Shown: piece by piece, positions 38,500 to 46,374 of the stretch
How the letters are laid out: every line of letters starts with the position of its first letter
Numbering within the stretch: the stretch's first letter is position 1
Assembly: GCA_965205975.1 (NCBI GenBank)
Contig: OZ242195.1
Coordinates: 3,360,001 to 3,424,000 of the forward strand
Source: Candidatus Latescibacterota bacterium
GTDB taxonomy: Bacteria > Latescibacterota > UBA2968
Direction: 5' to 3'
DNA length: 64,000 nucleotides
Program-made: the position numbers and the translations under genes
Notes under the pieces: model-generated
What the model saw: the letters and a program-made list of their open reading frames with translations, nothing else
Told to the model about the DNA's origin: nothing
Databases searched by the model: none

Positions 38500-39789
38500 A
38501 TGCCAGATCGTCCCAATATACTCTTCATCATCACCGACCAACAATACGCCGGGGCCATGTCCTGTGCGGGCAACCCCGACGTACACACCCCAAATATGGA
38601 CAGCCTCGCCGAAACCGGTGTGCGATTCACCCGCGCCTATTGCACACATCCCCTGTGCGGTCCTCAGCGCGCCAGCTATATGACGGGCCTCTATCCCCAT
38701 CAAAACGGCGCCACGAGCAACGGCACCCCGATCAAAGCCGAATACAAAGGCCAAACCCTCAGCAACTTCCTCAAAAACGCGGGCTACGATTGCGCCCTCT
38801 CCGGCAAATGGCACGTCCCGGGCACCACACCAGAAGAAAGCGGCCTCGAAGTCATCTGCGGCAACCGCGACGACGAAGTGCCCCTTCGCGCCATCGAATT
38901 TATGAAACGCGACCGCGACAACCCCTTCTTCCTCATCGCGTCATTCCTCAATCCCCACGACATCTGCCAGGTCGCCCGCAGCCAGCCGCTTCCACAAGGA
39001 CCCGTACCAGAACCCGCAACCATAGAAGAATGTCCGAACCTGCCCGCGAACTTCGCCATCCCACCCTATTCACCCGACATCCTGCAAATGCTGCGACAGG
39101 CCAACCGCCGCGTCTATCCCACCATCGAATACACCGAAGACGACTGGCGACGCCTCCGCTTCCTCTATTACCGCCTGTGCGAAAAAGTCGATGCCGAAAT
39201 CGGCGTCCTCCTCAACGGCTTGCGCGACCTGGACCTCGAAGAAGATACGTATATCGTCTTCACCTCAGATCACGGCGACGGACACGGCGCACACAACTGG
39301 AATCAAAAAACCAGCCTCTACGAAGAAGTCATCAACATCCCATTCATCATCAGCCACAAAGGCGTCACGCAACCCGGCGGCGTCAACGACACGCATCTCG
39401 TCTCCCTCGGCCTCGACCTGTTACCCACCTTATGCGACATCGGCGGTGCGAACACTCCTGAGGACCTCGACGGATTGAGCCTGCGGTCTCTCGCAGAAGG
39501 CAACACATCAGGCGAATGGCGCGACGACCTCGTCGTCGAAACCATCATCGAACTCGGTTCTGGTCCAGGCGGTAGCGGGGCTTCGCGCGCCGTCCTCACC
39601 GACCGCTACAAATACAGCGCCTTTCCCATGGGCCGCCACCGCGAACAACTCATAGACCTCCAGGACGACCCCGGCGAAATGGTCAACCTCGCCGTCAACA
39701 CACGCTTTAAAAATGAACTCGACGACCACCGCCGCCGCCTGCGCGACTGGTGCGAAAAAACAAATGATAGATCTTTTACAGGTGTATGA
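38500..39789 (+). CDS. Sulfatase (Cys-type)
   Basis: RPNILFIITDQ, CGPQRASYMTG, GKWH, NPHD, SDHG. Confidence 0.92.
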   Translation: MPDRPNILFIITDQQYAGAMSCAGNPDVHTPNMDSLAETGVRFTRAYCTHPLCGPQRASYMTGLYPHQNGATSNGTPIKAEYKGQTLSNFLKNAGYDCALSGKWHVPGTTPEESGLEVICGNRDDEVPLRAIEFMKRDRDNPFFLIASFLNPHDICQVARSQPLPQGPVPEPATIEECPNLPANFAIPPYSPDILQMLRQANRRVYPTIEYTEDDWRRLRFLYYRLCEKVDAEIGVLLNGLRDLDLEEDTYIVFTSDHGDGHGAHNWNQKTSLYEEVINIPFIISHKGVTQPGGVNDTHLVSLGLDLLPTLCDIGGANTPEDLDGLSLRSLAEGNTSGEWRDDLVVETIIELGSGPGGSGASRAVLTDRYKYSAFPMGRHREQLIDLQDDPGEMVNLAVNTRFKNELDDHRRRLRDWCEKTNDRSFTGV

Positions 39790-39790
39790 G

Positions 39791-39921
39791 AACGAATCTA
39801 CGGAGTGATGTACAACTGGCCGTCTCTCAGGCCAGTTCATCTACGAATCTACGAATCTACGATAGTAGTTGGGTGGTCGGGCGGGGTTCGTCTATTCGTC
39901 TATTCGTCTATTCGTCTATTC
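39791..39921. repeat. 51-bp hairpin repeat copy 2 plus inverted octamer arrays
   Basis: 39791-39841 matches 19451-19501. Then TCTACGAA x~2.7, a GGGCGGGG spacer, and TTCGTCTA x4 (39887-39921). Confidence 0.9.
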
Positions 39922-39940
39922 TTTTAACAGGAGTTCCAAA

Positions 39941-40702
39941 ATGGCCGAAAACCTGCTCAAAAACAAACTCTCCAATGGCGACGTTGCCATCGGACCTTTC
40001 GTCAACATCAGCTCTGGCGCGCTCATCGAAATCGCGGCATACAGCGGATTTGACTTTGTCATCCTCGACACCGAACACGGGCCGCTCGACATTCCCACCT
40101 GCGAAGACCTCTGCCGCGTTGCACACGGCGTCGATATCACGCCCATAGTCAGAGTTCGAGAAAACGACCCCGCACAGATCCTGCGCGCCCTCGACATAGG
40201 CGCTGGCGGCGTACAGGTACCGCAAATCTGCAACAAAGCCGATGCCGAAGCCGTTGTGCGGGCAGCCAAATACTCACCGCTGGGCATGCGGGGCGTCTCG
40301 CCCTATACCCGGGCAGCCCGTTATTTTGCAGATGGTGGTGCCATCTTTGAACGCCTCAATGCCTCATCGATGATACTCATCCACATCGAAGGCGTGGAAG
40401 GCCTTGAAAACCTCGAAGAAATCATCTCCGTTCCGGGTCTCGACGTCATCTTCCTGGGACCTTATGACCTGTCGCAATCTCTCGGCATACCCGGCCAGGT
40501 CAACGACCCGCGCGTGGTTGACCGCATGCGCGAAGCCGCAAACTTAATCAACGACGCCGGACTCACCGTCGGCACATTTGCCGACTCCCCCGAAGCCGCC
40601 AACCGCTGGATCGACGCGGGCGTGGGCTACATCTCGCTCTCCGTTGACACCGGCATCTACCTCTACGGCTGCCGTCACATCCTTCGAGAAATCCGCACCT
40701 GA
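39941..40702 (+). CDS. HpcH/HpaI aldolase family protein
   Basis: GFDFVILDTEHG, RALDIGA, KYSPLGMRG, IEGVEG, FLGPYDLSQSLG; AGGAG RBS before 39941. Confidence 0.9.
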   Translation: MAENLLKNKLSNGDVAIGPFVNISSGALIEIAAYSGFDFVILDTEHGPLDIPTCEDLCRVAHGVDITPIVRVRENDPAQILRALDIGAGGVQVPQICNKADAEAVVRAAKYSPLGMRGVSPYTRAARYFADGGAIFERLNASSMILIHIEGVEGLENLEEIISVPGLDVIFLGPYDLSQSLGIPGQVNDPRVVDRMREAANLINDAGLTVGTFADSPEAANRWIDAGVGYISLSVDTGIYLYGCRHILREIRT

Positions 40703-40721
40703 CCCACCATCGCAAAAAAAG

Positions 40722-40753
40722 AATAAGGAGATACCGCCTGGTATCTCCTTATT
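40722..40753. terminator. Terminator-like hairpin (AAGGAG...CTCCTT family, copy 1)
   Basis: Perfect 14-bp stem AATAAGGAGATACC/GGTATCTCCTTATT. The core is 23/26 identical to 41440-41465. Confidence 0.75.
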
Positions 40754-40819
40754 TTCCATCATAAGCTCTCGGGGGTATCGTGAGTGCTGATGGCTTTATT
40801 TGCCTGCACAATTTTTTAT

Positions 40820-40884
40820 AAAAAAAAGACAGTCAAGGGGAGACCTTGCTCCCGCGGTCCAATAGGTCAAACCTCTCGACTGTG
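40820..40884 (-). ncRNA. Candidate ~65-nt hairpin small RNA
   Basis: TAAAAT -10 box at 40891-96. The RNA would start at the stem ACAGUCGAG/CUUGACUGU, contain GACCU/AGGUC, and end in U8. Confidence 0.45.
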
Positions 40885-40951
40885 CTGACAATTTTACTCA
40901 AAATCTATGTTCAATTCCCGTTTTCCAACGGGACGGGCTTTGGAAAATCGC

Positions 40952-41302
40952 TTAACCCTTGATGTAGGTCATAAAACTGAGGATAATAACCGCGACTGCA
41001 ATGAGCAGAGACAACCATTTTATGGTTTGCCCTTCCACGCGATTGATATCGCTTTTTAAATTGGTCTCCACGCGGTTAATATCGTTTTTTAAGGTACTTT
41101 CCAAGCGATTAAAGCCCGCGTTCATCTGGGTGATCAGTTGCTCAAAACGGTTGATCGTCTGATCTTCTATACGGTTAATATCTTTTGTGTTCTGTTCGGT
41201 CTGGTCGTCAAGCCCAACCCCATTTTTTTCAATATTAATTAACCGCTGGTCTTGTTCGGCCACTTTCTTTTCAAGCCGTGCTATCTTCTCGGAATCTGTC
41301 AT
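40952..41302 (-). CDS. Coiled-coil protein with 11-aa repeats and C-terminal TM anchor (Bdr/CCDC90-like architecture)
   Basis: LKNDINRVETN/LKSDINRVEGQ (33-bp DNA period from 41034), then IKW plus a hydrophobic tail. Confidence 0.75.
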   Translation of the reverse strand: MTDSEKIARLEKKVAEQDQRLINIEKNGVGLDDQTEQNTKDINRIEDQTINRFEQLITQMNAGFNRLESTLKNDINRVETNLKSDINRVEGQTIKWLSLLIAVAVIILSFMTYIKG

Positions 41303-41379
41303 GACAATTCATCTTCCCTTTTTGTTTGATACCCCTGATTTGACCACCGATACAGGTTAGACTTCTTGACTATGTGATA

Positions 41380-41408
41380 ATTTTACTCAAAATCTACATG
41401 CAAATCAA
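41380..41408 (-). promoter_or_regulatory. Promoter of the 41302 gene (duplicated at 40864-40907)
   Basis: TTGATT-17-TAAAAT. AATTTTACTCAAAATCTA occurs at both 40890-40907 and 41379-41396. Confidence 0.55.
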
Positions 41409-41436
41409 GGGCGATTGCGATAAACTATGGAAATGC

Positions 41437-41469
41437 AAAAAGGAGACACCGCCTAATATCTCCTTTTTT
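41437..41469. terminator. Terminator-like hairpin (AAGGAG...CTCCTT family, copy 2)
   Basis: AAAAAGGAGACACCGCCTAATATCTCCTTTTTT. Confidence 0.55.
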
Positions 41470-41478
41470 ATTCCCCTG

Positions 41479-41507
41479 TTGACATCTTGGGCGAAATCCG
41501 CCATAAT
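41479..41507 (+). promoter_or_regulatory. Sigma70-type promoter
   Basis: TTGACA-17-CATAAT upstream of the 41566 gene. Confidence 0.6.
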
Positions 41508-41565
41508 TTGGTTAGTTGTCATTTGTATCACATTCATAATGCTCAATGGAAAGGATAGACAGACG

Positions 41566-41805
41566 ATGACCCCAAGAAAAAAGCAAATCTTAAAAGGGCT
41601 TAAAGACCGAGGAGTTGATGAACCCTGCCCAATGTGCGGTAATTCCAAGTTCACCTTTGCCAGAGAATCAGAAATTCCTGTAGGCGATAATCGGAAGAAT
41701 AATGGAGGTTACGTCCCCATCGCGATTATCGCGTGTCGGAACTGCGGATACATAACCCAACACGCGCTCGGACCTCTTGGCCTTTTCCCTGATGAGGATG
41801 TCTAA
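41566..41805 (+). CDS. Small zinc-ribbon protein
   Basis: 79 aa from ATG 41566 (AAGGA RBS); CPMCG...CRNCGY. Confidence 0.7.
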   Translation: MTPRKKQILKGLKDRGVDEPCPMCGNSKFTFARESEIPVGDNRKNNGGYVPIAIIACRNCGYITQHALGPLGLFPDEDV

Positions 41806-41896
41806 TGTCCGAACAAAGACAATTCAACGACCAGGATCCCTTGACGAGAACCTAAAGACTTGCTTTTTATTAAGGGATGGGTATCTTTAGGATCAT

Positions 41897-42361
41897 ATGA
41901 GAAAACCTATGACTAAAAACAAGGCCTGGTGGAATACCGGTTTGATTCTACCCCTCGCAATTCTATGGGCTACTTCTCCCTTAGAAATTTATGCCCAGAA
42001 TGCGCCCGCGCCTGAAGCCGAGTCACAGGCAGCTCTCCTTCTTATTCGGGATGCTATAAACGATATAAGAAGCGAGATTTCTGCGCTGAGGTCGGATATA
42101 CGAGAAGATATAAAAGGTGTCAATGAACGTGTTGATTCTATGTATAATTTGATGTTAGGTGGTCTAATTACTATTATAGTTGCAATTATCGGTACCCAAT
42201 GGTGGACTCGAATTAAGCCGGAAGATATTGCCAAATTATTGGAAGAAGCTATTGAACAAAGAATATCTAACGATGAACAAACTGAAAAAATTAAAAAGGA
42301 TATGGAAGTAATTCCATTGAGGTACTTAGTGGAGACTGAACGTCAGAAATTGCGGTCTTAA
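41897..42361 (+). CDS. Signal peptide + coiled-coil + TM hypothetical protein
   Basis: Leader ending IYA; heptads IRDAINDIRSEISALRSDIREDIKGVNERVD; TM LMLGGLITIIVAII. Confidence 0.7.
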   Translation: MRKPMTKNKAWWNTGLILPLAILWATSPLEIYAQNAPAPEAESQAALLLIRDAINDIRSEISALRSDIREDIKGVNERVDSMYNLMLGGLITIIVAIIGTQWWTRIKPEDIAKLLEEAIEQRISNDEQTEKIKKDMEVIPLRYLVETERQKLRS

Positions 42362-42394
42362 CGTAAAAAATAGCCTTCTGATGTTGGGGGAAAA

Positions 42395-42601
42395 ATGAGC
42401 CAAAATAATAAATTCTATGAAATGATACAAGAGCAAGAAGATCAATTTGACGAAACCATATCTGAATTAGTAGCCAGCGCGGAGAAAGAATCACTTACTA
42501 TGGCAGGTCTGGCACTATATATAGTCAGAACAGCATTTAATTTTCACACTCGTTTGTGGGCTCTGACACAAATCACCAAAAATTTATCTAAACAGCGGTG
42601 A
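42395..42601 (+). CDS. Small hypothetical protein
   Basis: 68-aa ORF with a GGGGGA RBS; no recognisable motif. Confidence 0.4.
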   Translation: MSQNNKFYEMIQEQEDQFDETISELVASAEKESLTMAGLALYIVRTAFNFHTRLWALTQITKNLSKQR

Positions 42602-42694
42602 TAGAAGGCGAACCGGCGTTTATCCTGGTTTCAAGATCAATGACTTTTGGCTCCTCAAGTCATTCTAAAATTCTATCTGACATACGTATTCTCC

Positions 42695-42789
42695 AAAAAA
42701 ACAGGGACGCACCTGGCGCGTCCCTGGGGTAGAAACAATCGAACATACGTTAATTCCCTATACGGGCGACGGTTCGATGGGTCCTGTTG
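42695..42789 (-). ncRNA. Candidate ~95-nt small RNA or attenuator leader
   Basis: TTGACA-17-TAATTT (42824-42796); hairpin ATCGAAC/GTTCGAT; terminator CAGGGACGCGC-CAG-GTGCGTCCCTG followed by T7. Confidence 0.5.
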
Positions 42790-42841
42790 CTGAACAAATT
42801 ATCCGATATAAGCAGCACTGTCAACCTATCTTTTAGAACTC

Positions 42842-42877
42842 AAGGAGGCACGGATTTAATCCCTGTCTCCTTTTTTT
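42842..42877. terminator. Terminator-like hairpin downstream of the pentapeptide gene
   Basis: AAGGAGGCA...TGTCTCCTT followed by a T-run. Confidence 0.5.
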
Positions 42878-42906
42878 CTTGTGGGCGGTCAAACCCGCGA
42901 AGATGT

Positions 42907-44295
42907 TTATTTTCCCTTCTTAAACGCTTGCCATTGCTCAATAGCATCCTCCCGACTTCCCCAGCTTGCAGGCCGAGTTAGGCCATCAGGAAGAGATGTA
43001 TCGCCATCCCCGAATGCCTTTTCAATCATATCGTCCGTTAAACCTTTTGAATCTTTAAGTTGTGTTCCTACAATGAGTATGCCCTTAAAATCCGCACCCG
43101 ACAAGTCGGCATCATCAAGTTTCGCATCCGAAAGTTTGGCTCCCCAAAGATCCGCACCCGATAGATCGGCTTCAATAAGTACAGCATCCGATAGATTAGC
43201 GTCATCAAGTTTCGCATCCGAAAGTTTGGCTCTCCAAAGTACCACATCCGATAGATCGACTCCCATAAGTTCCGCGCCTGATAGATTGACCCGCGTAAGT
43301 ACCGCCTCACCCGATAGGTTGGCTTCCACAAGTCTCGCACCCGACAGGTTGGCTTCAATAAGGTTCGCCTCCGATAGGTTCGCTTTTGAAAGATTCGTAC
43401 CCGATAGATTGGCGTGGCTAAGATTCGCACCCGATAGATTGGCTCCCCGAAGATCCGCGCCATCAAGATAGGCCAATCTCAGATTGGTGCCTTCGCGTGC
43501 AAGGCCCTCGCTCTTGTTCCAAAGCGTCGCCCCCTGAAAGTTTGCCTCAGTGAAGTCGGGTTGAGTCTCATTTTCGCTCGTGCTGGTCCAGTGACGGTTC
43601 TTCTCTCGACGACTCAGCACTGTCAGGACCGCCGTCACATCGGAGCGATCCGCTGGAGGATTTTCGCGAAGAGAATCAATCCATTCTTGCCGCGCCAGCT
43701 TTAACTCATATCCCCTCAAACCTTCATCATCTAAAGATTGTGGATCACGGCAGTGCTCGCGGATATAGGCAGCGAGTGTTTCAATGATGGGGCCATAATC
43801 GCGCTCGCTGTCCTTTGCAAGCCGTTCCAGAGCAAAAATTGCGCCGATCCGCATCTCAATAGCAGGCTCTCCGTTCTGACGGGTTGCGCCAAGTTGCTCT
43901 ACCGCTTTGGTGAAAAGGTCGGTGTAGTGATTCTCCCGATTAATTTGTGTCTGCATTTCCGTGGATTGGGTCTGTCTGTCCGCGAGTACCGTGCGCCAGA
44001 TTAGAAAAGGCACTCCATACCAGGCCGCGATGACCAGCATAATTGTCCGCACCTCTTTGAATAAATCTTCCCCAGATGGGGTGCCATTTTTTCCAAGCCA
44101 GACCAAGAAGGGGTTCATTAGTGGCTCCCAAGTTTTTAGGAAATCATACAGATAAGGAAGAGGCAATAGAAGCCAGATAACGAATCCTATAAGAAAGACA
44201 ACCCGCTTGGTCCGCTCGGACCGAAACGGCCAAGACAGAATCGCAAGGGACCGATGAATCAGTCCTTTTTTATTTTCCTGCTTTTCATCACTCAC
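42907..44295 (-). CDS. Membrane-anchored pentapeptide-repeat protein
   Basis: Two N-terminal TM segments; KAVEQLG..RIGAIFALERLAKDS; many A(D/N)LSG repeats. Confidence 0.9.
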   Translation of the reverse strand: MSDEKQENKKGLIHRSLAILSWPFRSERTKRVVFLIGFVIWLLLPLPYLYDFLKTWEPLMNPFLVWLGKNGTPSGEDLFKEVRTIMLVIAAWYGVPFLIWRTVLADRQTQSTEMQTQINRENHYTDLFTKAVEQLGATRQNGEPAIEMRIGAIFALERLAKDSERDYGPIIETLAAYIREHCRDPQSLDDEGLRGYELKLARQEWIDSLRENPPADRSDVTAVLTVLSRREKNRHWTSTSENETQPDFTEANFQGATLWNKSEGLAREGTNLRLAYLDGADLRGANLSGANLSHANLSGTNLSKANLSEANLIEANLSGARLVEANLSGEAVLTRVNLSGAELMGVDLSDVVLWRAKLSDAKLDDANLSDAVLIEADLSGADLWGAKLSDAKLDDADLSGADFKGILIVGTQLKDSKGLTDDMIEKAFGDGDTSLPDGLTRPASWGSREDAIEQWQAFKKGK

Positions 44296-44442
44296 AATAC
44301 AATCTCCTTTTCACACTTTCCATCGCTGATCCCCAATCCCCCCTATCAGACTCGTTGTTGCCTTTCCATCTACGTCCATCTGCGGATAGCTCATAGTGCA
44401 ATCTCAGCATCTCTATTCCCACCAGCAGATTGGACTTTCATC

Positions 44443-45741
44443 TCAATCACTCCCCCCTGTAAAATAACTCTTGGTACCCTTAGCTTGCACTGCATCGCCG
44501 ATTCGGTTCAAAGCATGCACATAAGCCGCCGTACGCTGGGAAATACCCTGTGTCTGGGCAATATCCCAAACGCGCTCTGTCTCCTCGACCATCTTCTGTT
44601 TCAGCCGCTGATTGACCTCGTCCAGCGTCCAGTACAGACCCTGGCGGTTCTGCACCCACTCAAAATAACTCACAGTAACACCACCGGCATTGACCAGAAT
44701 ATCGGGAAACACCACCACATCTCGCCCGCGCAAAATCTCGTCCGCCTCTGGAGTCGTCGGACCATTTGCCAGTTCGTACACCGCCCGCGCCTTAATATCG
44801 CGGGCATTCGACGCTGTAATCTGGTTCTCCAACGCCGCTGGCGCCAGAATATCGACATCGAGCGCGAGCAACTCCTCATTGGTAATCGTATCGTGATCGA
44901 CCACATTGCATACACTCCCCTCGCAATAAACGGCTTTAAGCGCGCGGGTCGAATCCTTGAACTGCCGCACACTGGGAATATCGAGACCCTCTCGCCGATA
45001 TATCCCACCCTGAGAGTCACTCACCGCCACAACCTTATAGCCGGCATTAAAAAGCAACTCGGCAATAATCGCCCCGGCATTGCCAAAGCCCTGCACTGCC
45101 ACAGTCGTCGTAGCGGGCGAGCCACTCAACCCGAGCCTGGGCAAAGTCGCCTCCATCGTAAAAAAAGCACCCATAGCAGTCGCCTTGTCCCTCCCCAGGC
45201 TCCCCCCCATAGTCAAAGGCTTACCAGTAATGACCGCCGGTGCAATCTGCCGCTTGATAATACCGTACTGATCCACCATCCAGCCCATAATCATCTCATT
45301 GGTATAAACATCTGGCGCCGGAATATCGACATCTGGACCGATAAAATCGGCCACCGCGTCGATATAACCTCGACTGAGCCGCTCCAGTTCAAAAGGAGAC
45401 AGCGACTTGGGATCAACCGTTATGCCACCTTTACCCCCGCCAAATGGCAAATTGGCTACCGCACATTTGAAAGTCATCCAAAAAGCCAGAGACTGTACCT
45501 CGTCAATAGACACATCTGGATGAAAGCGAATACCCCCTTTGGTGGGACCCCGCGTATCGTCGTAGCGCACCCGGTAGCCCGGAAAGATACGCAACTCGCC
45601 GTTATCCATCCGCACCGGGATAGAAACTTTCAAACTCGACCTGGGCAATTTGAGCCGCTCAATAGCCTCCTCTGTAATAGAAGCATAAGCCAGAGCTTCG
45701 TCGAGCCGTTGGCTGGCATCGCTGAACAATGATTCGGACAT
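44443..45741 (-). CDS. gdhA: Glutamate dehydrogenase (Glu/Leu/Phe/Val family)
   Basis: GPTKGGIRFHP, MTFKCA, PFGGGKGG, DIPAPD, QGFGNAG, ELANGPTT, NAGGVTVSYFEW. Confidence 0.93.
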   Translation of the reverse strand: MSESLFSDASQRLDEALAYASITEEAIERLKLPRSSLKVSIPVRMDNGELRIFPGYRVRYDDTRGPTKGGIRFHPDVSIDEVQSLAFWMTFKCAVANLPFGGGKGGITVDPKSLSPFELERLSRGYIDAVADFIGPDVDIPAPDVYTNEMIMGWMVDQYGIIKRQIAPAVITGKPLTMGGSLGRDKATAMGAFFTMEATLPRLGLSGSPATTTVAVQGFGNAGAIIAELLFNAGYKVVAVSDSQGGIYRREGLDIPSVRQFKDSTRALKAVYCEGSVCNVVDHDTITNEELLALDVDILAPAALENQITASNARDIKARAVYELANGPTTPEADEILRGRDVVVFPDILVNAGGVTVSYFEWVQNRQGLYWTLDEVNQRLKQKMVEETERVWDIAQTQGISQRTAAYVHALNRIGDAVQAKGTKSYFTGGSD

Positions 45742-45752
45742 GAACCCTCCTC

Positions 45753-45786
45753 AAATATAAAGCCGTCAGGGGTATATCCTGACGGC
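45753..45786 (-). terminator. Hairpin between dksA-like gene and gdh
   Basis: GCCGTCAGG/CCTGACGGC followed by TTTATATTT on the - strand. Confidence 0.55.
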
Positions 45787-45815
45787 CATAGGGTAATCAC
45801 CAACAAATTTCAAAG

Positions 45816-46253
45816 TCACTCATCATCATCTGTAGAAATGGGCAAATCTTCGCGCTTCAAAGCGCGGCGGGGCCGACTACGCTGTTGGGGGGTGCGCTCG
45901 AGCCGTTCCTGAACCTGCACCGTATAACGGGCCGTAGGCATAGCCTCGAGCCGCAAGGGATGAATAGGTTCACCGGATTCTTCGCAAAACCCATAAGATC
46001 CATTTTCAATTTTTTGTAAGGCATTGTCAATCTCGGCCAATTCGCGCCGCTCGTGATTCCCCAGCGACGTCATCAACTCCAGCGACGACGCATTGCCAGC
46101 CGCATCGAGCGGATCGGCTGCGACATCGCCTCTAATTTCGTCAAGATCTTCATCTTGATTGAGTACTTGCTTGAGCAACTCGCGCTTGCGCTCAGTCAGA
46201 ATTTTTTTATAAAACGCGAGTTGTTCATCACTCAAAGGTTCATGCGTTGCCAT
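45816..46253 (-). CDS. DksA/TraR family regulator with a single Cys
   Basis: Coiled-coil tip DPLDAA (DxxDxA); IDNALQKIENGSYGFCEESGEPI..RLEAMPTARYT. Confidence 0.85.
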   Translation of the reverse strand: MATHEPLSDEQLAFYKKILTERKRELLKQVLNQDEDLDEIRGDVAADPLDAAGNASSLELMTSLGNHERRELAEIDNALQKIENGSYGFCEESGEPIHPLRLEAMPTARYTVQVQERLERTPQQRSRPRRALKREDLPISTDDDE

Positions 46254-46374
46254 TGCCTATTCGTCCTCTTTTTGTTTCCCAGAAATCTGCTCCCATAAAT
46301 TTGTCCGCAATTATATGTCAGAGGCATAATAATGTCAAGTCTTGCAAAAAAAATAAATCGCAACCCCAGGCGTT

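Noticed and set aside
42695..42789. Known riboswitch (c-di-GMP, ZTP, fluoride, guanidine, Moco) or tRNA-Sec
   Set aside because: I could not find the consensus cores or a cloverleaf by eye; it is left as an unassigned candidate pending Infernal.
40703..44300. Prophage, integron or IS element
   Set aside because: No integrase, transposase or phage structural gene, and no convincing attC sites or target-site duplications.
44254..45732. 492-aa + strand ORF
   Set aside because: Antisense shadow of gdh with no motifs. The same applies to 20668-21489, 22772-23626, 56007-56915 and most other overlapping ORFs.
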